A DNA stretch of 64,000 bases from Longimicrobiales bacterium (lineage in GTDB: Bacteria > Gemmatimonadota > Gemmatimonadetes > Longimicrobiales > Gaopeijiaceae), in contig OZ241892.1 of NCBI GenBank assembly GCA_965203485.1, forward strand, positions 2,720,001 to 2,784,000, written 5' to 3'. The notes beneath the pieces were generated by a model, which saw only the letters and a program-made list of their open reading frames with translations, was not told the origin of the DNA and made no database searches. The position numbers and the translations under genes are program-made. This document shows positions 48,551 to 57,186 of the stretch, piece by piece. Position 1 is the stretch's first letter; the number at the start of each line of letters is the position of its first letter.

Positions 48551-49366
48551 ATGACCGACGGCGATCCACCGGCGAGCGGGCCTGCCTCGGCGCCCCCGCC
48601 CGCCGGGGCGGCTGGGCCGCCGCTGCACTGCCTGCTCCTTCAAGTGCGCGACCCCGGCGACCCCATGGGACCGCACGAAATCGAGTCGTTCCGGCGCGCG
48701 TTGCTGCCCTTCGACGCGCGCGTCCGCGTCTTCGACCTGCTCGGCGGCCCTCTTCGCGCCGAGGCTCTCCGGGGCGCCGATCTCGCGCTGATGGGCGGCA
48801 GCGGCGCCTACTCGGCGGCCGTGCCCGCGCCATGGCTGGACCAGGCGCTCGACTCGTTGCGCGCCGTTTACGAGTCCGGCGTGCCGGCGTTCGCGTCGTG
48901 CTGGGGCTTTCAGGGGATGGCCGCCGCGCTGGGCGGCGCCGTGATCCGCGATCGCCGGCGGGCGGAGATCGGCACGTACGAAGTCGTGCTGACCGCCGAA
49001 GGCCGGGCCGACCCCGTCTTCGGACGCTTGGGACCCAGCTTCAAGGCGCAGATGGGCCACGAGGACCTGGTGGCCGAGCTGCCCGAAGGCGCGACGCTGC
49101 TCGCCTCTTCGGCCCTGGTCGCAAACCAGGCGTACCGCTTCGAGGGCCGTCCGGTCTACTGCACGCAATTTCACCCGGAGCTGGACCGGGACGGCATGCT
49201 GCGCCGCTTCCGAACTTACCCGAAGTACTCGGAGGAGGTGGTCGGCCTCACGCTCCCCGAGATCGCAACCCGCATCGCGGAGACGCCTGAAGCCGCGAGC
49301 CTCCTGCGCCGCTTCGTCGCGATCCACGTGAGGCCCGACTCGGTTGCGGCCCTTGGTCCGGCGTGA
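48551..49366 (+). CDS. Type 1 glutamine amidotransferase (GMP-synthase-like, stand-alone)
   Basis: MGGSG, ASCWGFQ (catalytic Cys), EIG, GHED, QFHPE. Confidence 0.88.
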   Translation: MTDGDPPASGPASAPPPAGAAGPPLHCLLLQVRDPGDPMGPHEIESFRRALLPFDARVRVFDLLGGPLRAEALRGADLALMGGSGAYSAAVPAPWLDQALDSLRAVYESGVPAFASCWGFQGMAAALGGAVIRDRRRAEIGTYEVVLTAEGRADPVFGRLGPSFKAQMGHEDLVAELPEGATLLASSALVANQAYRFEGRPVYCTQFHPELDRDGMLRRFRTYPKYSEEVVGLTLPEIATRIAETPEAASLLRRFVAIHVRPDSVAALGPA

Positions 49367-49462
49367 TCGCCGCGGCGGCGTCCCGGCGCACGGTCCGGCG
49401 AGACGCGGCCCGGCCCGCTTCGGCCGCCCCGCAAGCGGCCAATCCGTCCGCCCGGCCCGTCG

Positions 49463-50716
49463 TCAGCCGGCCCTCACCCAGCGGTACAGCTGGCGAATCG
49501 TGGGCCGCTTGCCCTGCGCGAGGATGCCCACGCGGTAGATGCGGCCGCTGATCCACGCCATGGCCCAGACCGTCAACGCCATCAGGAAGACCGACGCGGC
49601 GATCATCCATCCCGAGACCGACCCGTCCACGGCGCGCGGGTACATCATGATCGGGCTGAAGAACGGGAAGAGCGCCACCCAGTCCAGCCAAGCCAGCCCG
49701 CGGCTCCCAACGGTCGACGTCTCGAGGATGAAGGGAACGACGAGCATCGCGATGAGAGGCCCCTGGGCGAAGGCCGCCTCCTCCTCGCGGCTGCACATCG
49801 CCCCCACGGCCGCGAAGAGCGAAGAGTACAAGAAGTAGCCCAGCAAGAAGTACACGCCCAGGAGGAGGACCGCGCCGCTGTCCGGCAACGCCTGCGCCAC
49901 CATGCTCATGTCCACGTCCGGGACCGCTTGCGCCACCACGGACGCCCCGGCCGTGGCAATCAGCGCCCCGCAGACGGTCCAGATGCCGAGCTGCGTCAGG
50001 CCCATGGAGCCCACGCCGAGGATCTTGCCCAGCATCAGCTGCCACGGCCGAACCGACGACACCACGACCTCGACGACCCGCGTGCGCTTCTCCTCCATGA
50101 CCGAGCGCAGCACGAAGCCGCCGTAGATCGCCATCGCCATGTAGAGGAACACGATCCCGCCCACTCCGTGCGCGATCGAGGCGACCCGGGCCACTTCCGC
50201 CGCCTCGTCCTCGCCGCCGATCGTCTGGTACTCCAGCCGCCCGCCCTCGGCCAGCGCCCGCAGTCCTTCCGGGTCCCCCACTTCGGCCAGCCGGTTCGCC
50301 AGGGCGACGTCCGCCACGACGGCCTCGAAGAGCGCCGCGCGGGTTGGTCCGGGCGAGTCCGTGCCGCGATACGCGAACGTGCCGGCCGCCAGCGTCCGCT
50401 GGTCGAGCACCAGGTAGGCCTCGATCTCCTCGTCGGCCACGCGGCGGTCCATCTCTTCGACGCCGGGGTCCGCCTCCAGCAACTCGACGCTGTAGCCGGC
50501 CGACCCCAGCCGGTCGGTAACGGCCTGGCCGAGCACGCCTGTCCGGTCGATCGCGGCAAAGTCCCGGTCGGAACGCGCGACGGCCACGCTGAGGCCGACG
50601 CTGGCGGCGATCATCGCGATCATCAATGCAGGCAATGCGAACGTGGCGATCCAGAAGCCCTTCGTCTTGACCTTCTCGAGGTACTCCCGTGCCAGGATCA
50701 CCCAGAGCTGCTTCAT
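49463..50716 (-). CDS. ABC-2 type exporter permease (NatB/YhaP-like)
   Basis: REYLEKVKTKGF, SVMEEKRTRVVEVVVSSV, LMLGKILGVG, YSSLFAAVGA. Confidence 0.9.
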   Translation of the reverse strand: MKQLWVILAREYLEKVKTKGFWIATFALPALMIAMIAASVGLSVAVARSDRDFAAIDRTGVLGQAVTDRLGSAGYSVELLEADPGVEEMDRRVADEEIEAYLVLDQRTLAAGTFAYRGTDSPGPTRAALFEAVVADVALANRLAEVGDPEGLRALAEGGRLEYQTIGGEDEAAEVARVASIAHGVGGIVFLYMAMAIYGGFVLRSVMEEKRTRVVEVVVSSVRPWQLMLGKILGVGSMGLTQLGIWTVCGALIATAGASVVAQAVPDVDMSMVAQALPDSGAVLLLGVYFLLGYFLYSSLFAAVGAMCSREEEAAFAQGPLIAMLVVPFILETSTVGSRGLAWLDWVALFPFFSPIMMYPRAVDGSVSGWMIAASVFLMALTVWAMAWISGRIYRVGILAQGKRPTIRQLYRWVRAG

Positions 50717-51699
50717 GGCGCGTCTCCCGCCGGTTCGACGGCTTTGTCGTTGTCGTCGTCGCTTCCCGCGTACCTAACGAAGATTTCGTGCAGAGTCGGC
50801 TCCAGCAGCTCGAAGCGCCGCAAGCGCGCGCCCGACTCGGCCGCCGCCGCCAGGAGCGCGCTCGTGTCGTTGCGGTCGTCGAGCGACAAGTGCCAGCCGT
50901 CGCCCGTCCCCGCGACCTCGGCCACCCCCGGCCAGGACGCCAGCGCCTCTTCGATCCGCCGGGCCGCGTCTTCGCCGATGCCGCCGGGGCCGATGTCGTC
51001 GAACTCGACGGCCACCGCGCCGGAACGCTCCCGGCGCTTGAGTTCCTTGAGCCCGCCGTCGAGAACCTTGCGCGACCGCGAGATGAGGCAGACGCTCTCG
51101 CACAACCGCTCCGCCTGCTCCATGAGGTGCGTCGAGAAGAGGATCGTCGTGCCTTCGGCGTGCCGTTCGCGCACGATGGACTCCAGGAGGTCTTGGTTGA
51201 TTGGGTCCAGCCCGCTGAACGGCTCGTCCAGGATGAGGAGCTCCGGCTCGTGCAGCACCGTGCCGATGAACTGAACCTTCTGCTGCATTCCCTTCGACAG
51301 CTCGCGCACTCTCTTGGTGGCCCATGCGGCCAAGTCGAGCCGGTCAAGCCATTGCTCCGCCCGCTTGCGCGCGGTTTCCTTGTCCACGCCGCGCAACCGG
51401 CCCAGGAAGACCAGTTGGTCCAAGAGCCTCATCTTTTCGTAGACGCCCCGCTCTTCGGGCAGGTAGCCGACGCGGCCCCTCCCGTCGAAGTCCGGGGCTC
51501 GTCCGAAGAGTTCCACCGAGCCCCGGTCGGGCACCAGGATGTCCATGATCATGCGGATGGTGGTCGTCTTGCCGGAGCCGTTGGGCCCCAAGAGGCCGTA
51601 GATGGAGCCTTCGGGGATCTCCAGGTCGAAGTCGGTCACGGCGGCGTGATCGCCGAAGGACTTGTGCACGCCGGTGAGGCGCACCGGAGCTTGCGTCAT
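50713..51699 (-). CDS. ABC exporter ATP-binding protein (NatA/YhaQ-like)
   Basis: GPNGSGKTT, GYLPEERG, LSKGMQQK, ILDEPFSGLD, FSTH, EPTLHEIF. Confidence 0.93.
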   Translation of the reverse strand: MTQAPVRLTGVHKSFGDHAAVTDFDLEIPEGSIYGLLGPNGSGKTTTIRMIMDILVPDRGSVELFGRAPDFDGRGRVGYLPEERGVYEKMRLLDQLVFLGRLRGVDKETARKRAEQWLDRLDLAAWATKRVRELSKGMQQKVQFIGTVLHEPELLILDEPFSGLDPINQDLLESIVRERHAEGTTILFSTHLMEQAERLCESVCLISRSRKVLDGGLKELKRRERSGAVAVEFDDIGPGGIGEDAARRIEEALASWPGVAEVAGTGDGWHLSLDDRNDTSALLAAAAESGARLRRFELLEPTLHEIFVRYAGSDDDNDKAVEPAGDAP

Positions 51700-51972
51700 C
51701 GCGGAGGATCCGATTGGCGGGACGGGACGCGGAGGCGGGCCGGATGCTCGACGACGCGCCACCCGCGCGAACGAAACTAGCGCCGGGGCAGAACCGTTGC
51801 GCCGACGAGGCCGGACGGCGCGGCGGCGGCAGGCATTCGGCCCACCGGCTCAACCGCCAAGCGCTGGATCGCGCGCTCCCGGAGCGCCCGCGCAGGTATT
51901 GCGCCGCCCGCGGCACGGGGCTATCCTTGCATGTTGAGCGACGGCAAGAACTCCGCGACGAAGAGGAACGAC

Positions 51973-52164
51973 ATGGCGATATACGGAAGTCTCAGGCATG
52001 CCGACATAACGGTCGGGACGGGCGGACGGCTGACGATTCCCTTCGCGATGCGCCGGGACTGCGGGATTCAGGACGGAGACAAGATGACCGTGCGGATGGA
52101 CCAAGGGCCCAAGGGCATTCGCAGGCTCGTCCTGTGGCGCAAGGACGGAGACGAGGACGACTAG
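51973..52164 (+). CDS. AbrB/MazE/SpoVT-family DNA-binding protein
   Basis: GAGG RBS; VGTGGRLTIPFAMRRDCGIQDGDKM is the swapped-hairpin signature. Confidence 0.8.
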   Translation: MAIYGSLRHADITVGTGGRLTIPFAMRRDCGIQDGDKMTVRMDQGPKGIRRLVLWRKDGDEDD

Positions 52165-53552
52165 ACGCCTGGCTGGGCTTCGCCCCAGAACGCCAGTTCG
52201 CGCAGGGGGCGCCGACCGTCGTGCAGCCAGTCGGCGGCGGGAAAGGGCATGCAGTCCAGGGAAACGACGCGGGTCGCGCCGAGAGCGAAGAGGGCCTCGG
52301 CGAAGCCTTCCTCCTGCGAAGGGACGCCCGCCAAGCCCACCGTCTGAAGAAGGCCGGCCAGCTTCGCCAACCCGGCTAGGCATTCCTCGCGCCCCTCGAC
52401 GGGCACGACCCAGGCGGTGCGGCTCCCCACCGGCTCGAAGCGCTCGAGTCCGGCCAACGCCACGGTCCAACCGAGTCCGTCCGCGCACCACGCGCGAACG
52501 GCGTCGCCACCCGCGGCCCCGAGCGCGAGGCGTCCGCGAATCTGGTGCACGGCCGACGCCTCGCCCGGCGTGGGCTCGCCCGGCGGCAAGTCGCGGGCCA
52601 GCAGGTCCAGTTCCCCGGCGAGCCGCTCGCACCAGCGCGCCGTCTCCTCGGGCGTGGCCAGAACGAAGAACAGATGCGCGCTCACGCAACCGCGCTGGTC
52701 GAAGAGCGCCACCGCCCTCGCGGCGTGGGCGGCGGACCGGCGCGCGGACGCCGGATCGACTACCGCCGCGCCGACCCGGCGCCCGTGTTCCACCAAACGC
52801 GCGCGCGCCGGAGCCCGGGCGCGCACCGACTCGATGACGGCGTCGCTCCCGTAGACGACCACTTGGTCCGCGGCGGCGAACGCCGCGCGCTCCCACGCGT
52901 CCCACTCGGCATGGCCGCCGGGCCAGTACTGCACCGCCAGCGCGCGGGCCGCGCCGGGGCTCTCGGTCCGCAGAGCCGCCGCGAAGCGCACCGCAAGGGC
53001 AACGTCGCCGGCGCCCGGCTTGGCCAGCACGGCCGACCCCAGCAGCATCGCCCGAACGATCGAGGTCACCGTCACGCCGGGCACCGAGCCCGAACCCACG
53101 TGGAGGACCAGGGGAGGCCCGCCGGCCCTCACCCGGCGGCGCCGACTCCGCTGGAAGGCGTCGAGCACGCGGGGGTTCGGAAACTCTTCTGCGACGAGGC
53201 GGGCAAGCGAGTCGCGGCTCCAGCACCCGGCGGTCCCGGCGAGCGCCGCCCGGATCATCGGCGGCGAGAGCCCCGCGTTGGCCGCCACTTCGCCTACGGC
53301 GCCCGGATCGAGCGACTCGGCAAGCGACTCGCCGGCGCGGCCGAGCATGGCGATTCGGTCGCGCACCGGCGTGGCCGCCAGGGTGCGGGCCGCTTCGCGC
53401 AACGCGGTTCGCAGGTCGCGCGGGTCGTCCCGGCGCACGTCGGGGAAGCGCACGATTGCGCCGTTCGCGCGGACTTCGGACGTCTTCGCCGGTGCGGCGA
53501 CGCCGGGCGGCCAGGACCAGCCGTCGATGCGCGGCCGGGCGGGCGCCGTCAC
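52161..53552 (-). CDS. LuxC-like acyl-CoA reductase
   Basis: LHVGSGSVPG, VLAKP, VVVYGSD, FDQRGCVS (catalytic Cys), LQTVG, WLHDGR; GTGA coupling to the luxE-like gene. Confidence 0.82.
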   Translation of the reverse strand: MTAPARPRIDGWSWPPGVAAPAKTSEVRANGAIVRFPDVRRDDPRDLRTALREAARTLAATPVRDRIAMLGRAGESLAESLDPGAVGEVAANAGLSPPMIRAALAGTAGCWSRDSLARLVAEEFPNPRVLDAFQRSRRRRVRAGGPPLVLHVGSGSVPGVTVTSIVRAMLLGSAVLAKPGAGDVALAVRFAAALRTESPGAARALAVQYWPGGHAEWDAWERAAFAAADQVVVYGSDAVIESVRARAPARARLVEHGRRVGAAVVDPASARRSAAHAARAVALFDQRGCVSAHLFFVLATPEETARWCERLAGELDLLARDLPPGEPTPGEASAVHQIRGRLALGAAGGDAVRAWCADGLGWTVALAGLERFEPVGSRTAWVVPVEGREECLAGLAKLAGLLQTVGLAGVPSQEEGFAEALFALGATRVVSLDCMPFPAADWLHDGRRPLRELAFWGEAQPGV

Positions 53553-54838
53553 GCGGAGCGCGGCGCGACCGCCCGCAGAAACGACTCGGCCGCAAGGGAG
53601 CAACCGCGCGCCTCGGCGGCCGTCGCCCGGCCCCGGAGCGTGAAGTTGCCGTCTGCCTCCACGGCTCCCAAGTCCTCGGTCAGGACGGGGCACGCCGAAC
53701 CCGCGTTGGCGAGGTCGAAGATCGAAAGAAGGCCGGTCTCGCCGCTCGAGAGGGGGCGGAGGCTCACCGGATCAAGCGCCCGAACGCGCACCCACGGCGG
53801 GAATCGGTGAACGCGATCCTCGACCGGCGCGGCGCGCCCCGCGACTCCGTCGTAGGACTGCGACAACAGCTCGGTCATGCCGTACTCGTTCACCACGTCC
53901 GCCGGGGCCACGTTCAGGCTGCGAGCGACCCGGGCGTACAAGGCGCTCCGGTCCACGCGCGTCGCGCGCCCCTTGAAGCCGCCGGTCTCCATGACGCGCG
54001 AGCCGGGCGGGAAGGGCAAGCGCGCGCCCATCAGAGCGTCCAGCAAATGGACCAGCGAGAACGCCGTGGCCACGAGGAGCGCCGGAGCCCCGTCGTCGGC
54101 CAATGCCTCGCGAACGGCCTCGGCCCGGACTCCGCGGGCGGGATCGAAGGCCCACCAAGCGCGCGTCACTTCGGGCTCTTGGGCGAGGAATCCCGCCATC
54201 CGTCCCAGCGAGGAATCGGCCGCTTGCGCCGGTGACGGCACCAAGGCGATCAGGCGCAGCGCCCCGGCGCCTTCGAAAAGGGCGGTGCGATAGGCGCCTC
54301 GGGCGGCGGCGCGGTAGAGCTCGAGGCTCGCGACGTGGTGCTCGCCGCGACGCTCCCGGCCGCCGGAGGTGCCGCTGGTGCGAAAGACGGCTTCGGCCCC
54401 GCCGGCGCAGATCGGCAAGTCCTTGAACGCGGCGGTCGGCACGGGGGGCACGTCGCGCCACGTCGAGGGCGGGCCGGCGGCGGTTTCCCAGTAGCGGCGC
54501 AGAACGGGGCTGGCCGCGCGCTGGGCGGCATGGACGCGCATGGCGACGCGGTCGAACGTCGCATCTTCGGCGAAGTCGGCGGGGTTTGCCGGGGCGCCGC
54601 TCGCGGGGGCGGACGACGGCCGAACAGCCTCGACGAACGCGTCCGCGCACGGCACGGCCGGATTCGCGGGCCAAGCGGCGGGTCGCGACGCGCCGTCGGC
54701 CGGCCACGGAGGCATGCCGGAGCTGGGCGCGGCCGGGTCCGGCCACCGGCTCAGGCAACGCGCGAGCTCCGCCAGAATCGGCGCAATCGCGGGATGCGCC
54801 GCCGTTGCCGCCTGCCCGGGGCTTCGATCCTTATTCAA
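53549..54838 (-). CDS. LuxE-like acyl-protein synthetase (long-chain fatty acid ligase)
   Basis: PPVPTAAFK, FRTSGTSG, METGGFKGR, NEYGMTELLSQ, DLAN, LTEDLG, RGR..EARGCS. Start uncertain. Confidence 0.85.
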   Translation of the reverse strand: MNKDRSPGQAATAAHPAIAPILAELARCLSRWPDPAAPSSGMPPWPADGASRPAAWPANPAVPCADAFVEAVRPSSAPASGAPANPADFAEDATFDRVAMRVHAAQRAASPVLRRYWETAAGPPSTWRDVPPVPTAAFKDLPICAGGAEAVFRTSGTSGGRERRGEHHVASLELYRAAARGAYRTALFEGAGALRLIALVPSPAQAADSSLGRMAGFLAQEPEVTRAWWAFDPARGVRAEAVREALADDGAPALLVATAFSLVHLLDALMGARLPFPPGSRVMETGGFKGRATRVDRSALYARVARSLNVAPADVVNEYGMTELLSQSYDGVAGRAAPVEDRVHRFPPWVRVRALDPVSLRPLSSGETGLLSIFDLANAGSACPVLTEDLGAVEADGNFTLRGRATAAEARGCSLAAESFLRAVAPRSA

Positions 54839-54867
54839 GGATAGAGCCGAACAGTGAAATAAGGCAC

Positions 54868-54883
54868 AATCTTGTTCAAGATT
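54868..54883. promoter_or_regulatory. Perfect inverted repeat (putative operator) upstream of the luxE-like gene
   Basis: AATCTTG-TT-CAAGATT inside an AT-rich patch (about 54830-54905). Confidence 0.4.
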
Positions 54884-54957
54884 CGATGCTCAAGTTGGAA
54901 TAACGTGGCTTTCGCCCCGGCTCGACGGGTGGACCCAGCGCGCCCACCGGCGTCCGC

Positions 54958-56670
54958 TCAGGGCAACCGGCCGCGCACGGCACGGCCGCCAGTTGCTCCC
55001 GTGTGCTCGCCGTCCCGGATGGTGTGCACGCCCGACACCACTACGTGCAGCACCCCCTTGGAATACTGGTGCGGATTCTCGAACGTGGCTTGGTCGGCGA
55101 CTTCGTCGGGATCGAAGACGACCACGTCCGCAACCGCGCCCGGCTCGACGACCCCCCGGTCGAGCAGGCCCAGCTTGCGAGCCGGAAGCGCGGTCATCTT
55201 GCGGATCGCGGCTTCGAGCGACAAGGCGGCGCGTTCGCGCACGTAAAGGCCGAGGACGCGCGGGAAGCTCCCGTAGCCGCGGGGGTGCGGCGACGACCTC
55301 GAAAGAACTCCATAAGGCGCGTAGGCCCCGCCGTCGGAGCACACCATGCCCAGCGGGTGCGCGACCAGCCGCTCGGTGTTCTCCTCCGACATGCCGAAGC
55401 CGATCATCCCCACGGCGCCGCCCTCCTCGCGAAGCAGGCGCGCGACCAGCCGGTAGGGTTCCTCGCCGAGCTCTTCGGCCAGCTCGCCCACGCGACGCCC
55501 GCGCGCATGGGCGTTGGAGTCGCTAACGCGAGCGATCTGCACCGCGTCCCACGAACCCAGCAGCGCGATCTTGTCGCGGCATGCGCGCTCCAGGACCGGT
55601 CCGTGCTCGGGATCGGCCAGACGCGCCAGAAAGCGCCGGGTCCCCCCTGCCCGCGCCGACGCCGGGAAGAGGTTGGAGAGCCCGGTGGCGTAGGCCGCGT
55701 ACGGGTAGCGGTCGAAGTGGACGTCCACGCCGTCCTCCCGCGCGGCTTCGATGGCCGCCAGCGCGACGTCCGCCTTCCAGTAGTTGCGGCGGCCCTGCGC
55801 CTTCAAGTGAGACACCTGCACCTTGACGCCCGCGGCCCGGCCCACGTGGATGGCCTCTTCCAGGGCGGCCAGGAGGTCGTCGTCCTCGTTTCGCATGTGC
55901 GTGGCGTACGGGTACGGCGTCCCGCGGAGTTCCCCGGCCAGCGAAGCCAGCTCGTCCCGGTTCGCAAAGCTTCCCGGCGTGTATTCGAGCCCGCTCGAGA
56001 TGCCCACGGCTCCGTCCCCCACCGCCTCGCGGACCGCCCGTCTCATGCGTCGGAGCTCGTCGTTGCCCGCGGGCCGGTCGGACGCGCCCATCACATAGCC
56101 GCGCACCGTCCCGTGCCCAACCATCGTGGCCACGCTCACCGCCGGCCGCACCCGGTCGATTCGGTCGAGGAATCCCCCCGGCGTCCGAAAGTCGATCTCC
56201 ACCCCGTAGGCCCGCCGGTAGCGGTCCCGCACGGACTCGAACGCCGCGTCGTCCCAGGGTCCGACCGAACTCCCGTCCTGGCCGGCCACCTCGACCGTCA
56301 CGCCCTGGCGGATGCGGCTCTCCGCCTTCGGGTTGACGAGGAGCGACAAGTCGGCATGCGAATGGATGTCCACGAAGCCCGGGGCGACGGCCAGCCCGCG
56401 CGCGTCGATCTCGGCCGCGCCCGGGGCCGAAATCGCGCCGACCTGCACGATGCGGCCGCCCGAAACGGCAACGTCGGCCGCGCGGGGGGCGCCGCCGCCG
56501 CCGTCGTAGAGCGTGCCGCCTCGGAGCACAAGGTCCGCTTCGGCATGCTTGGGCGCTGTTCTGGGCGTTGGCGCACCAACGATCCGCGGCTCCGCAGGGC
56601 CGGGCGTCCATCCCGCGAGGGCGGCCCCGGCGCCGCCCAGCACGAAGTCGCGCCTGTTCATCCGGAGCAT
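54958..56670 (-). CDS. N-acyl-D-amino-acid deacylase family amidohydrolase with a Tat signal
   Basis: MNRRDFVLGG Tat motif; GFVDIHSHAD, GISSGLEYTPG, HMRNE, VSHLK, CSDG, PHPRGYGSFPR, ADVVVFDP. Confidence 0.9.
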   Translation of the reverse strand: MLRMNRRDFVLGGAGAALAGWTPGPAEPRIVGAPTPRTAPKHAEADLVLRGGTLYDGGGGAPRAADVAVSGGRIVQVGAISAPGAAEIDARGLAVAPGFVDIHSHADLSLLVNPKAESRIRQGVTVEVAGQDGSSVGPWDDAAFESVRDRYRRAYGVEIDFRTPGGFLDRIDRVRPAVSVATMVGHGTVRGYVMGASDRPAGNDELRRMRRAVREAVGDGAVGISSGLEYTPGSFANRDELASLAGELRGTPYPYATHMRNEDDDLLAALEEAIHVGRAAGVKVQVSHLKAQGRRNYWKADVALAAIEAAREDGVDVHFDRYPYAAYATGLSNLFPASARAGGTRRFLARLADPEHGPVLERACRDKIALLGSWDAVQIARVSDSNAHARGRRVGELAEELGEEPYRLVARLLREEGGAVGMIGFGMSEENTERLVAHPLGMVCSDGGAYAPYGVLSRSSPHPRGYGSFPRVLGLYVRERAALSLEAAIRKMTALPARKLGLLDRGVVEPGAVADVVVFDPDEVADQATFENPHQYSKGVLHVVVSGVHTIRDGEHTGATGGRAVRGRLP

Positions 56671-56936
56671 GGCCCGCCGCGAGATCCGGCTTTGCCGAGA
56701 GACCCGAGTCCCGCCTGCTCCAGCGTCTTGGCCCGCAACCGCGCCTCTTCCGAATTCAGCCAGTCTCCCACGACGGCCAGCTGGTCGGCCGCCTCGTCGT
56801 ACTGGTCCCCCGGCAGGCTGTCGTCCCCGGCCTCTTCGAGCGACGAACGCATCGTCCGCAGCTCGCGACGGCCCTTCTCCAACGCCCGGCGCAACCGAGC
56901 GAGCGCGCGGCGCGCGGCGGCCAACGGAGTATTCAT
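56658..56936 (-). CDS. Small helical hypothetical protein
   Basis: ATG start, heptad-like pattern, overlaps the start of the amidohydrolase. Confidence 0.55.
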   Translation of the reverse strand: MNTPLAAARRALARLRRALEKGRRELRTMRSSLEEAGDDSLPGDQYDEAADQLAVVGDWLNSEEARLRAKTLEQAGLGSLGKAGSRGGPCSG

Positions 56937-57186
56937 GGTGCGAAAGCTAGCCGCCGCGCGGGCTCGGCGGCGCGCCGGGCCTGTCGCGGCCGAGCTGCGT
57001 TGCGGCTCGCGCTCGAGGCCTGGGCGCTCCGGCGCCCGCGGCGCCTCGGAGTCTTCGGCGACCGGCGGCGCCAGGCCGGCGTCCGGTCCGGTTCTACGCC
57101 ACCGGCCGCGTTAGGACGAAGCACGGCCTGCGGCGGATCCGGCCGAACACGCGCACGCGGGACTGTGCGCGGCGGCCGCAACTGGC

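Noticed and set aside
52161..54838. Bioluminescence operon
   Set aside because: No luxA, luxB, luxD or luxG in the window.
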